Origin: Thermoanaerobaculia bacterium
GTDB taxonomy: Bacteria > Acidobacteriota > Thermoanaerobaculia > UBA5066
DNA: 64,000 nt
Assembly: GCA_963816185.1 (NCBI GenBank)
Contig: CAWFJJ010000008.1
Coordinates: forward strand, 192,001-256,000
Direction: 5' to 3'
Below the pieces are notes generated by a model. The model worked only from the letters and a program-made list of their open reading frames with translations, was not told the DNA's origin and made no database searches. Both the position numbers and the translations under genes were made by a program. Of this stretch, positions 41,085 to 51,225 are shown one piece after another (within the stretch, counting starts at the first letter, position 1; each line of letters begins with the position of its first letter).

Positions 41085-43349
41085 GTGCCCGTCCGTCGCG
41101 CCGCGAAAAGATCCTCCGGCAGGAGCGGCAGGTGGTCGCGGACGATTCCCGTCGCGTGCTCGATCGCGGCCGCGATCGCGGGCGCGCCGCCGTCCATGGG
41201 CAGCTCGCCGATCCCCTTGGCGCCCCCGCCCGGGCCCTTCGAGTAGGGATCCTCCACGAGGATCGTCGTGAACCTCGGCGCGTCGAGACTCGTGGGGACG
41301 ATGTAATTCGCCATGCGGGCGTTCAGGATCCTGCCGTCCTTCACGACGAGCCTCTCGTTCAGCGCCCAGCCGATCGCCTGCAGCGTCCCGCCTTCGATCT
41401 GCCCCTTGCACTGCAGCGGGTGAATGGCTTTTCCCACGTCATCGACGGCCCAGAAACCGAGCACCGTCGTCTCGAACGTGTCGAGGTCCACCTCGACCTC
41501 GGCGATGTCGCAGCCCCAGGCGAAAACGGGATACGCGTCTCCGCGGTACGTCTCGTCGTCCCAGACGAGGTCCTTCGGCGTCTCGTACGTCTTTTCGGAG
41601 ACGACCGGCTCCTTCCCGGCGAGGAGGCGGAGCGCCGCGTCGTCGAACGAGCCTCCGCGCTTCTGGCGCTCGTGCTCGATGCGCGCGAAGAGCTCGCGCG
41701 CGGCGCGTTCGACGAGCGAACCGACGATCATCACGGTGCGCGATGCGACGGTCGGGCCCGAGTCGGGGACGACGGAAGTGGACGGCGTGGCGAACTCCAC
41801 GCGATCCATCGAGACCCAGAGCGCCTCGGCCGCGATCTGCCGGAAAACCGTCTCGGTGCCCTGGCCGATGTCCGTCGACGCCGTGCGGATCCTGAAAAGA
41901 GGCTTCTTCCCCGAGGGGCCCCGGAGCATGTCCATCGCCACCCGGCCCTTCAGCCTGCGTTCGCCCGAGCCCGTGAAGCCCGCTCCGTGCAGGAAGACGC
42001 TCGCGCCGATGCCGCGAGCCTTGCGGGGGGCGGACGCGCCGGGCGCGGTCCGGCGAAGCAGCGCGGAGCCCGGCCGCGCGGGCGCGCCGGCGCCGAGCGC
42101 CGCTCGCTTCTTGTCCCATCCGCTCGCTTTTCTCGCCTCCTCGACGCAGCGCTGCACGCCGACCGACTCCTTCAGGAACTGGCCGGTCGGCGTGGTGTCG
42201 CCGACCCGGAGGAGGTTTCTCTCGCGCAGCTCGAGCGGGTCGGCGGACAGCTCGCGCGCGATCCGATCCATGTGCCGCTCGATGGCCCAGATCGTCTGCG
42301 GCGCTCCGAAGCCCCGAAAGGCGCCGTTCGGAGGCGTGTTCGTCGCGACCGCGACCGCCTCGATCACGACGTGCTCCCAGCGGTAGGCGCCGGCCGCGTG
42401 CAGGGCGGCGCGCGAGAGGACGACGGGAGTCAGCGTGACGTACGCGCCGCCGTCCATGAGGATCTTGATCGAGACGGCGGACAGGTTCCCCTCGCGGTCG
42501 CAGCCGGACTCGATCGTCACCTCGCAGGGATGGCGCTTCGTCGTCGCCTCGACGTCTTCCTGCCGGTTGTAGATCATCTTCACGGGCCGGCCGCTCTTTT
42601 TCGCGAGGAGGAGGGCGTGAAGGGCGAGGAGCGTGGGGTACTCCTCCTTCCCGCCGAATCCGCCGCCCGTCACGGCCTGCGTCGACGTCCACGTGCGCGT
42701 CGTCGAGGCTGAACGTGCGCTTGACGCCTTTGTGGACGTAGAACGGACACTGCAGCGAGCCCACGAGGTGAGCCCCGCGCGCGTCCCAGAACGCGAGCAT
42801 GCCCTGAGGCTCGATGTAGAGCTGCTCCTGATGGTGCGTGCTGTACCGCCCGGTCAGGCGGACCGGGCTCGAAGAGATCGCCTGCGCGGCATCGCCTTTC
42901 GAGATCCGGTAAGTCGCGAAGACGTTGTCCGGTCCGTGAATCTGGGCCTTTCGCGCGAGCGCGTCGGCGACCGTGAGGACGGGCGGCAAGGGCTCGATCT
43001 CGGGCGTGAGCGCGCGCAGGGCCCGGGCGAGGCGAACGGGGTCCTCGGCCGCCACGAGAGCGATCGGCTCGTACGCGTGGCGCACCTCGTCCGAGGCGAG
43101 GACGGGCTGGTCTTCCTCGATGAGCGCGACGACGTTCACCGGCACGTCCTCGGCGGTCACGACCGTCACGCCTCCCCAGTCGAACGCGGGATCTCTTCGA
43201 ATGCCTCTGAGACGCCCGCGCGCCACGGGGCTGCGGAGGGTCACGCCGTAAAGGACGCCCGGCCTCGTCAGATCGTCGACGTACCGGGCCGTCCCGACGA
43301 CCTTGGCCGGTCCATCGACGCGCGGCACGCTGCGGCCGACGAGAGCCAT
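41081..43349 (-). CDS. Xanthine dehydrogenase family molybdopterin-binding subunit; frameshift near 42683
   Basis: RVDG..KV.G.A.Y.DD, YIEPQ, GGGFGGK, GAFRGFG.PQ, IGQG, TVASR, KGIGE over two overlapping frames. Confidence 0.9.
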
Positions 43350-43352
43350 CCT

Positions 43353-44258
43353 TCAGACTCCCGCAACATCCTGAAGAGCGGCGTCGACCAGGGGGAAGCG
43401 AAACGGAAAGCCGAGCGCCTCGGCTTTCTTCGGAACGATGCGCTGGCCGTCGAGCACGACGGTCGACATCTCGCCGAGCAGGAGGCGGACCGCGGCCGCG
43501 GGCATGCGCAGGAAGCTCGGCCGGTGCAAAGCGTGCCCGAGGGCCTTGGCGAATTCCCTCATCGTGACGGGATTCGGCGCGGTGCCGTTGACCGGGCCCT
43601 TTGCCTCCGGATTTTCGAGCGCGAAAACGTAGAGGGCCGCGAGGTCATCCAGATGGATCCAGGACAGAAACTGGCCGCCCCCGCCGATCGGGCCGCCGAG
43701 AAAGGCCTTGAACGGCGGGAGCATCTTCGCGAGCGCCCCGCCGCCTTGGCCGAGCACGACTCCGGTCCGGATCAGGACCACGCGCACCCCGAGCGGCTCG
43801 GCCTTTCGTGCGGCCTCCTCCCACGCGATGCACGTCGTCGCGAGAAAGTCGCTTCCGGGTGAAGAATCTTCGGAGGCGGCCTCCTCTCCTCGCGGACCGT
43901 AGATGCCGACCGCCGAGGCGTTGACGAGGACGGACGGCTTCAGGATCGCCTTCTCGATCGCCGCGAGGAGCCTCTCGGTCGCCGCGAGACGGCTCGACAG
44001 GATTCTCTCCTTCGCGGCCCGGGTCCAGCGCTGCGCGATGCTTTCGCCCGCGAGGTTCACGATTCCGCCCGCGCCGTCGATCCACGACTCCCAGTCCGCG
44101 CCCGGCGCCCATGACACGACGTGGACCTTCGGGTGAATGTGGTCTCGCGAGCGCGAGGCGTCGCGCGTAAGGAGGACGACGTCATGGCCTTTCGCGAGAA
44201 GGCTCTCCCAGAGCTTCGAACCGATGAACCCGGTCCCACCCGCCACGACGACGCGCAT
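43353..44258 (-). CDS. TIGR01777-family NAD-dependent epimerase
   Basis: GGTGFIG, NLAGE, ASAVGIYG, RTGVVL, SWIH.DD. Confidence 0.92.
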   Translation of the reverse strand: MRVVVAGGTGFIGSKLWESLLAKGHDVVLLTRDASRSRDHIHPKVHVVSWAPGADWESWIDGAGGIVNLAGESIAQRWTRAAKERILSSRLAATERLLAAIEKAILKPSVLVNASAVGIYGPRGEEAASEDSSPGSDFLATTCIAWEEAARKAEPLGVRVVLIRTGVVLGQGGGALAKMLPPFKAFLGGPIGGGGQFLSWIHLDDLAALYVFALENPEAKGPVNGTAPNPVTMREFAKALGHALHRPSFLRMPAAAVRLLLGEMSTVVLDGQRIVPKKAEALGFPFRFPLVDAALQDVAGV

Positions 44259-44317
44259 CCGCTCTCCTTAGTCCTTGCATCGTACCGAAATCCCGGCGCC
44301 GTATAGTCTGCAAGGTC

Positions 44318-45217
44318 ATGAAGGCTCGTTTGCCGGCATGCGCCGCCCTCGCGATCTCGCTCCTTCCCGGCGGGATCCGCGCGGAGATCGTGGCGCCGGC
44401 CGACGAAATAGACGCGCGCGACCTCGTCCGCCGGGTCGTGAGAAGCCAGCGCCGGGAGGAGGCCGCATGGAGCGGCACCACGTTCGACCAACGCGAGGTG
44501 AAGATCGAGTGGGGCCCGGACGGCCGGCCCAGGGAGATCGCGTCGCGTCTCTTCTACGTTCTGTCCGGGAACGGCGATACGGAAGGCTCGCGCGAGCTCG
44601 TCGAGGTCGACGGCCGCCCCGCGACCGAGGCCGAGAAGCGCAAGGCGGCCGATGAGGACGAGAAGAGCCGGAAGAAACGCGTCGAGGAGAAAGCCGCCGC
44701 AGAAGCCCGCCGAGCCGACAGGGTCTCCGGCGACGAGGACGACCCGCTCGTCGGACGCAAGCGGCTGTCGGAGCTCATCCGCCGGTTCCAAATCCGCGTC
44801 GTGGGCGAGGAAATCGTGGAGGGCCGCCCGGCGTACGTTCTCGACTTCTCGCCCGACCCGGCTGCGCCCGCGCCGAAGAGCCTCGGAGACCGCGCGCTCA
44901 ATTCGCTCGCGGGCCGCGCCCTCATCGACGCCGTGGACTTTCAGGTTCGTTCCGTCGTCGCCCATCTCACGAAGCCCGTGAAGGTGGCGGGAGGCCTCGC
45001 CGCGAACGTGAAGACGGCGGAGATCTCCTACACGGGCCAGCCGCTCGCGGGGGACCTGTGGTTTCCGTGCGTGGTCGAGCTCCGGCTGACGGGAAGGAAG
45101 GCTCTTTTCTTCCGCCTCGATACCTCGTTCCGATTCGAGTTCGCAAATCTCAAACGGTTCCGGGTGGACACGGAAAGTGACGTCCGCCCCCCCGGGAACC
45201 CGGGGAGCGCTCCATGA
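44318..45217 (+). CDS. Exported hypothetical protein (LolA-like beta fold possible)
   Basis: Signal peptide; GEE.VEGRPAYVLDF.P pattern. Confidence 0.65.
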   Translation: MKARLPACAALAISLLPGGIRAEIVAPADEIDARDLVRRVVRSQRREEAAWSGTTFDQREVKIEWGPDGRPREIASRLFYVLSGNGDTEGSRELVEVDGRPATEAEKRKAADEDEKSRKKRVEEKAAAEARRADRVSGDEDDPLVGRKRLSELIRRFQIRVVGEEIVEGRPAYVLDFSPDPAAPAPKSLGDRALNSLAGRALIDAVDFQVRSVVAHLTKPVKVAGGLAANVKTAEISYTGQPLAGDLWFPCVVELRLTGRKALFFRLDTSFRFEFANLKRFRVDTESDVRPPGNPGSAP

Positions 45218-45787
45218 CACCGTCCCGCCGCCGCGTCTTTCTGGTCGCCGCTCTCGCCCTCCTGGCCGGCGGGTTCGCGTACGCCTACTGGCTCTCTCTC
45301 GTGCCGGCGACGCATCCCGATCACGACCACGGGATCCTGAACCTCGACGCGGGAGGCCGCCTGAACGTGATCACGCGGGAAGGGAAGAAGCGCAACCTCG
45401 TCGGGAGGCCGGGAAAGGCGCTCGTCGTCCACTTCTTCTCGAGCTCGGCTCCAGGGGCTGCCGAGGAGCTGGGGGGCATCTTCCGGATGCAGGAAGACGC
45501 TGAAGGCCGATCCTGCCGTGGAATTCGTCCTCATCGCGCACGACCCAGACTTCGCGACGCTGGACGCCTGGCTGAAGCAGAAGGGGCTCGTCGCGCCCGC
45601 GCCGGCGACGCTGGTCCTCGACCCGTCGGGCGACACGACGCAGAAGCTGAACTGCAAGCGGCCCCTCGAGACGATGTTCTTCAACGCCGCCGGCAAGCTC
45701 TCCTCGCAGGCGCGCGGAGCGCTCGAGTGGCCGGATGGTGCCATCGACTATCTCTCCCGCGCCCGGGGCGGGGAGACGATCGAGTAG
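45214..45787 (+). CDS. Membrane-anchored thioredoxin-fold (TlpA-like) protein lacking CxxC; frameshift near 45492
   Basis: GKALVVHFFSS.AP...EL, then FVLIA.D, LDP.G, P.T.FF...G in next frame. Confidence 0.6.
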
Positions 45788-45812
45788 CTGGCGCGCCGCT
45801 CTCTCCAGACTC

Positions 45813-46301
45813 CTACTTCGTCGCGGGGGCGGCGGCTGCAGTCGCCGGCGGGTCGCTCGCCGCGTGGTCGGAGACGTATTTCCAGACCCCGTCCTTCTCG
45901 GCGGCGACTGCAAGGAACGTCCCGGTCTCCGTCTTCGATGCTCCGCCCGCCTTCGGAACCGTCGTCATCCGCCAGTGTCCCCACCCCGCCGAGAGATGTC
46001 CGGCCGTCCTGTAGTGGGTGTCCGTCAGCGCTACCTCCGTGACCTTGACGTCCTTGAGGAAGCCTTCGTACGCCTCTGTAATCGCCGTCTTGCCCTTGAT
46101 CGCCGGCGATCCGGGCAGAACGAGAACGGCGTCGTCCGCGTAGAGGGCCGCGGCGGCCCCCGCGTCGCCGGCGAGCATCGACTTCGTCCAGACGGCGTCG
46201 ACACCCTTCATTCCAGGCGGCACCGTGGCGTCGGCGGCGGCGAGCGGACCGGCCGCGAGGGCGAAGCATGCGAGCACACACGCCAGCAGGGCTTTCTTCA
46301 T
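45813..46301 (-). CDS. Exported SnoaL/NTF2-like (DUF4440) protein
   Basis: AGDA...AALYADDA, G..AI, DG.WK...DH.S; GGAGGAG RBS. Confidence 0.85.
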   Translation of the reverse strand: MKKALLACVLACFALAAGPLAAADATVPPGMKGVDAVWTKSMLAGDAGAAAALYADDAVLVLPGSPAIKGKTAITEAYEGFLKDVKVTEVALTDTHYRTAGHLSAGWGHWRMTTVPKAGGASKTETGTFLAVAAEKDGVWKYVSDHAASDPPATAAAAPATK

Positions 46302-46348
46302 GGAATCTCCTCCCTTTCCGGTTAGTACGGAGATTCTATCTCAGCGGA

Positions 46349-47233
46349 TCACCGGTGCGATTCGCCGAGCGTGATCAGGACGACCGCTCCGACGATCACG
46401 GCAGCCGCGACGAGCATCCGCAGCGTCACCGCTTCGTCGGCCAGCGCCCAGCCGAGAAAGACCGCGACGACCGGGTTCACGAAGGCGTACGTCGAGACGC
46501 GCGAGGGGTCTGCCACGCGGAGAAGCCAGACGTAGATCGTGTATCCCACGAGCGAGCCGAACACCATGAGGTAGAGGAGCGCCACGAGAGAGCGCGCCGA
46601 AATGTGAGCGGGCGAGAAACGAGCCCACTCGCCGGTCGCGGCGGACGCCGCGAGCAGGAGGGCTCCGCCCGCGAGCATCTGGAGCGCCGTCGCCTGGAGC
46701 GGCGACTCGGTGGGCGCAAAGCGCCGCGAGAGAATGGACCCGAAGGCCCACGCGAGCGCGGCGAAAAGCACCGCCGCCGCTCCGAGGAGGTCGATGCGCT
46801 CGCCCCCCAGGCCTGCGGGGCCGAGGAGAAGCGCAACACCCGAGAGCCCGAGGACGAATCCGAAGAGGGCGCGATTGCCCGGCGCATGCCGCTCGGGCGG
46901 CAGCGCGCGCAGGAGGACGATGAAGAGGGGCTCGGTCGCGATGAGAAGGGCCGCGAGGCCGGAGGAGATCCGCTGCTCGGACCAGACGACTCCGCCGTTT
47001 CCGCAGAGGAGGAGCAGGGCGCCGCACGTGAAGGCGGGAACGAGATCGCGGCCCGCGACGGGAGGCGCTCCACGCGCCTTCGCGGCGGCGAGGAGGATCG
47101 CGCCCGCGCACGCGTACCGAAGGCCCGACATCACGAAAGGCGGAATCGATTCCAGGCCGAAGCGGATCGCGAGATACGTCGAGCCCCAGACGACGTAGAG
47201 GACGAGGAGACCGAGGACGGCGCCGCGCTTCAC
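46349..47233 (-). CDS. EamA/DMT transporter (YedA-like)
   Basis: YVVWGSTYLAI, SSGLAAL, YL..FGS, STYAFVNPVVAV. Confidence 0.92.
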   Translation of the reverse strand: MKRGAVLGLLVLYVVWGSTYLAIRFGLESIPPFVMSGLRYACAGAILLAAAKARGAPPVAGRDLVPAFTCGALLLLCGNGGVVWSEQRISSGLAALLIATEPLFIVLLRALPPERHAPGNRALFGFVLGLSGVALLLGPAGLGGERIDLLGAAAVLFAALAWAFGSILSRRFAPTESPLQATALQMLAGGALLLAASAATGEWARFSPAHISARSLVALLYLMVFGSLVGYTIYVWLLRVADPSRVSTYAFVNPVVAVFLGWALADEAVTLRMLVAAAVIVGAVVLITLGESHR

Positions 47234-49125
47234 GGCGCGATCATCGCCTCCCAGACGGCGCGCGACATCTTCCGCGCGGCGTCGATGACCTTCCGCCGCC
47301 CTTCCTCGTTCGCGCCGAAGTCGTTCGCGAGGAGGACGAGGACGTACTCCCGCCCGTCAGGCAGGCGGACGACCGCCGCGTCGTGCTGCGAGGTGGACAT
47401 ATTTCCCGTCTTGTGGCCCACGATCGCGCCCGACTGCGGATGGAGACCGGCGGGGATCTCCTCGTTGAACGTCTGGCCGGTGAGAATCTCCCATGCCTTC
47501 GCTCTCGAGGCGACCGAGAGCTTCGGCGACCGCACCGCCGCTTCCATTACCGTCGCCATGCCCGCCGCGTCCGTCTCGTTGTTCAGCCCCTCGTCGAACG
47601 CCTTCATGTCCTCGACGCACCGCCGCACCTTCACGGTGGGCGCGCCGAGCGCGTCCGTGAAGGCCTGGACGTTCTCTGGCCCGACGAGCGAGAGGACGAC
47701 GTTCGTCGCGAGATTGGAGGAGCGGACGATCATCTCCGTCACGAGGAATTCGAGCGTCGCCTTCCCGCCGAGCTTCTTCATCGTCGGCGCGTCGCCGTCC
47801 TCGAGGCCGATCGAGAACGGCGAGCCGTCGACGAGACTCTTGAACTCGTTCTTCACCGGCACCTCGTCCGAGAGTCGGAGCGTGCCTGCGTCGACGCGGC
47901 GGAGGACCTCAAGGAGGACGGGGGTCTTCATCGTGGAGGCAGCGTGCATAGGAAGAGAAGGATTCTTCGAAAGGGAAACGCCGCTAGAAAGGTCCTTGAA
48001 GTAGATGCCGAAGCGGGCCCCGCTGGCGTCGGCGATTTTGTCGAGCGTCGTCCTCAGGGTTCGCACCTTCGCCTCCGTGAGCCCCGTCCCCGCTTCCCCT
48101 TTCGAGGAAATCTTCTCTTCTCTCTTCAATCTCCGGGCATATCGAAAGAGAGGCTTCAGGAATGGGCTGTCGAACGGCGTGATCTGCGCGCCGGGCACAC
48201 CGTGACGCGTGGACTGCAGGACCGTGCCGTCGCCGAGCCACATCGCCTCGTGGTCGATCTTGTCCGGCGTGCCGAAGAAGAGGAGGTCGCCGGGCTGGAG
48301 CTTCTCGAACGCGACGGGGACGAGCTGCGGATCCTGGAACGCCTGCTCGTAACTGTTGCGCTTCAGGGTGACGCCGTGCTCCGAGAAGATCCGCCAGATG
48401 AGCCCCGAGCAGTCGAACCCGAGAGGCGAGGTCCCGCCCCAGGTGTACGGTGCGCCGAGGAAGCGCTTGCCGAACGCGATCCAGTCGGAAGGGGATTTGA
48501 GAGGAAGAGGGGAAGAAAGAGAAAGAGGGAGATTTTCTTTGAGGGTGAAGAGGGTCACGTCGCGGCGCGCGACGAAGCCGATGCGCCGATCCGGGAGGCG
48601 CACCTTCACCCAGGAGTAGACGTCCGCCGCATGGCCCGCCGCGGCCGGCTTGCCCTCTTCACCTTCTAAGAAATCTTCAACTGCGAACGTCACCCCCACC
48701 GGAGCGGTGAGGAGGGGACGGGCGGAGGTGAAGGACGGCGTCGCGTAGACATGCGCGAAGTTTGACGTCACGTGCGCGAGCTTCGATCCCGGCGCCGGCT
48801 GCGCCGGCGCCTCACCGCGGCGCAGCGCCCGCTCGGGGATCCACACGTCCTCGCCGGCGGCCGTCCGCACCCTCGCGAAGCCCGCGGCGCTTTCGAGGAC
48901 CGCGACGCGGTCGCCGAGGATCGCCTGGTCGTCGACGCTCGACGTCTCGTCCGGACGGACGAAGAGGTCCTGCACGGCTGTGACGACGACGGCCGTCTGC
49001 GGCGGCGCCGACGACGCACCGGGAGACGCGGAAAGGGAGATTTCTTCGATTGAGAGGAGAAGAACGGCCACAGTGAGTGCGCGAGCGGCGGTGAATCGGC
49101 GGGCGGGATTTCCTTCGAGGCACAT
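47230..49125 (-). CDS. SH3-SH3-NlpC/P60 endopeptidase (YkfC-like) fused to a class A beta-lactamase-fold serine hydrolase
   Basis: LGAPYTWGG...FDCSG...RNS..Q...GDLLFF...DHE; then ASTMK, SSN, HKTG. Confidence 0.85.
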   Translation of the reverse strand: MCLEGNPARRFTAARALTVAVLLLSIEEISLSASPGASSAPPQTAVVVTAVQDLFVRPDETSSVDDQAILGDRVAVLESAAGFARVRTAAGEDVWIPERALRRGEAPAQPAPGSKLAHVTSNFAHVYATPSFTSARPLLTAPVGVTFAVEDFLEGEEGKPAAAGHAADVYSWVKVRLPDRRIGFVARRDVTLFTLKENLPLSLSSPLPLKSPSDWIAFGKRFLGAPYTWGGTSPLGFDCSGLIWRIFSEHGVTLKRNSYEQAFQDPQLVPVAFEKLQPGDLLFFGTPDKIDHEAMWLGDGTVLQSTRHGVPGAQITPFDSPFLKPLFRYARRLKREEKISSKGEAGTGLTEAKVRTLRTTLDKIADASGARFGIYFKDLSSGVSLSKNPSLPMHAASTMKTPVLLEVLRRVDAGTLRLSDEVPVKNEFKSLVDGSPFSIGLEDGDAPTMKKLGGKATLEFLVTEMIVRSSNLATNVVLSLVGPENVQAFTDALGAPTVKVRRCVEDMKAFDEGLNNETDAAGMATVMEAAVRSPKLSVASRAKAWEILTGQTFNEEIPAGLHPQSGAIVGHKTGNMSTSQHDAAVVRLPDGREYVLVLLANDFGANEEGRRKVIDAARKMSRAVWEAMIAP

Positions 49126-49150
49126 TCCCGGATTCCACCATAATCCGGCC

Positions 49151-50302
49151 ATGACACAGTCCACTTCTCCCGCCCTCTCTCGCCGCGGACTCATTCTCTC
49201 CTCGGCGGCCGCCGCCGCGGCCGCCGCCCTGCCGCGTGCCGTCACCGCCGACGGCATGCCGAAGCCGTCCGGTCCTTCCCCTTCGACGCTCTCGTACCGA
49301 CCCCTCGTTCTGAAGCTCGAGCACACGTGGACGATCGCGCGTGGCTCCGCCGACGAGAAGAAGAACGGCCTCCTGACCTTCGCGTCCGAAGGCGTGACCG
49401 GCTACGGCGAGGCGGCCGCGAACAAGCGCTGGAACCAGAGCTGGGAGACGTCCGAGGCCGCCTTCGCGAGGGTCGAGAAGGCCGTCGCCGGCCTCTCGCC
49501 GTGGGACCACCTCACGTGCCTCGAGAAGGCCGAGGCCGCGGCCGGGAACGACCACGAGGTCGTCGCCGCGCTCGACATGGCCCTCTGGGACTGGAAGGGC
49601 AAGCGGCTCGGCCGGCCCGTCCACGAGATCCTCGGCGTGCCCGCGCGCGGCATGCCGGTCACGACGTTCTCGATCGGGATCGACACGGCCGAGGTCATCA
49701 AGCAGAAGGTGAAAGAGGCCGCCGCGTTCCCGAAACTCAAGGTCAAGATCGGCCTCGCGAACGACGAGGAGAACATCGCAGCGATCCGCTCGGTTTCGAA
49801 CCAGCCGATCACGGTGGACGCGAACGAGGGCTGGACGACCGTCGAGGAAGCGAAGAAGAAGATCCTCTGGCTGAACGGCGTCAAGCCGATCTTTCTCGAG
49901 CAGCCGATGCCGGCGGCGATGGACGGCGAGATGGCGAAGCTCAAGGGCCTCGCGACGTTCCCGATCCTCGGAGACGAGGGCGTCCTCACGGCGGCGGACG
50001 TCGCGAAGAAGGCCGGGCTCTATGACGGCGTCGTCGTGAAGCTCGCAAAGGCGGGCGGAATCACGCGTTCGTGGGAGCAGGTCGTCGTCGCGCGCGCCGT
50101 CGGCCTGAAGACGATGTGCGGCTGCATGATCGAGTCCTCGATCGGGATCGCGGCCGGGCTCGCGCTCGGGCCGCTCTTCGACTGGCTGGACCTCGACGGG
50201 TGCCTCCTCCTCGCGAAGGATCCGTTCACGGGGCTGAAGATCGAGAAGGGCGTCTGGGAGATGCCGAAGGGCCCGGGGCTGGGCGTCGCGATGGTGGCCT
50301 AG
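49151..50302 (+). CDS. L-Ala-D/L-Glu (dipeptide) epimerase with Tat signal
   Basis: SRRGLI signal; KVKI, VDANEGW, EQP, DE, KLAKAGG, GCMIE, DLDG. Confidence 0.9.
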   Translation: MTQSTSPALSRRGLILSSAAAAAAAALPRAVTADGMPKPSGPSPSTLSYRPLVLKLEHTWTIARGSADEKKNGLLTFASEGVTGYGEAAANKRWNQSWETSEAAFARVEKAVAGLSPWDHLTCLEKAEAAAGNDHEVVAALDMALWDWKGKRLGRPVHEILGVPARGMPVTTFSIGIDTAEVIKQKVKEAAAFPKLKVKIGLANDEENIAAIRSVSNQPITVDANEGWTTVEEAKKKILWLNGVKPIFLEQPMPAAMDGEMAKLKGLATFPILGDEGVLTAADVAKKAGLYDGVVVKLAKAGGITRSWEQVVVARAVGLKTMCGCMIESSIGIAAGLALGPLFDWLDLDGCLLLAKDPFTGLKIEKGVWEMPKGPGLGVAMVA

Positions 50303-50311
50303 TCGCCGCGC

Positions 50312-51187
50312 TCAGTTCCTCGGCGCGAGAAAGAGCCTCGGCCGCTCGCCCGAGCGCGTGAGGCCGCGCGCGCGCAGGAGGCGGTGATCCGCGCGCGCGA
50401 TCGTCTTCTCGAGCGTCTCGCCGTCCTCTCGCGCGGCCCACCCGAGCGAGAAGGGTACGAGAAGCTCCCGTTCGGCCAGGAACACGAGGCGCTCGCTCGT
50501 GTTCTCGGTGGCGGCGGCATCCGCCCCGTCGAGAAGGAGCAGGAATTCGTCGCCGCCCATCCGAACGGTCGATTCCTCGGCGCGCGTCGTGCGCATCAGG
50601 AAGCGTGCGACTCGGTTCAGGACGGCGTCGCCTGCCTCGTGCCCGAACTCGTCGTTGTAGTGCTTGAAATGGTCGATGTCGACCATGATGCAGCCCCACG
50701 GGGCGCCCGAGTCGGTGTGGCGCCCGGCGAACTCGGTGAGATAGCGCCGGTTCCAGCAGCCCGTGAGCGGGTCGCGAAGGCTCTGGTCGAGAAGACGTTC
50801 TTCGAGGCGCTTGCGATCCGTGATGTCGATCAGGATGCCCTGGTAGTAGACCTCTCCCGTCTCCTGGTCGACGCAGCGGTAGACCGTGTCGATGACGGTC
50901 CGGATCTCGCCGTCCCTTCGCCGGATCTTGAGCTCGAAATCGCGAACGGCGCCGTCGCGCTCGAGAACGAGGAGCTCGGCCCCGCGGCGGGAAACGTCCA
51001 CGATGAAATCGATGACGGTCATCTCTCGAGCCTCCTCGAGCGACGCGACCCCGAGCATCGCGAGGAAGGCCGGGTTTCCGTCCACGATCCGGCCGGCTTC
51101 GTCCGTGACGTAGATCCCTTCGCGGAGATCGCGCACGAAGCGTCGCAACGCCTCGGCGTCGTCGAGACGGGAGAACCGGCTTGGCAT
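50312..51187 (-). CDS. PAS-GGDEF diguanylate cyclase
   Basis: PAS/PAC; DPLTG..NRR, DIDHFK..ND.FGH, RMGGDEF. Confidence 0.92.
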   Translation of the reverse strand: MPSRFSRLDDAEALRRFVRDLREGIYVTDEAGRIVDGNPAFLAMLGVASLEEAREMTVIDFIVDVSRRGAELLVLERDGAVRDFELKIRRRDGEIRTVIDTVYRCVDQETGEVYYQGILIDITDRKRLEERLLDQSLRDPLTGCWNRRYLTEFAGRHTDSGAPWGCIMVDIDHFKHYNDEFGHEAGDAVLNRVARFLMRTTRAEESTVRMGGDEFLLLLDGADAAATENTSERLVFLAERELLVPFSLGWAAREDGETLEKTIARADHRLLRARGLTRSGERPRLFLAPRN

Positions 51188-51225
51188 GGTCAAACGATCC
51201 TATAACGGACGGTCGCCAGGCGTCG

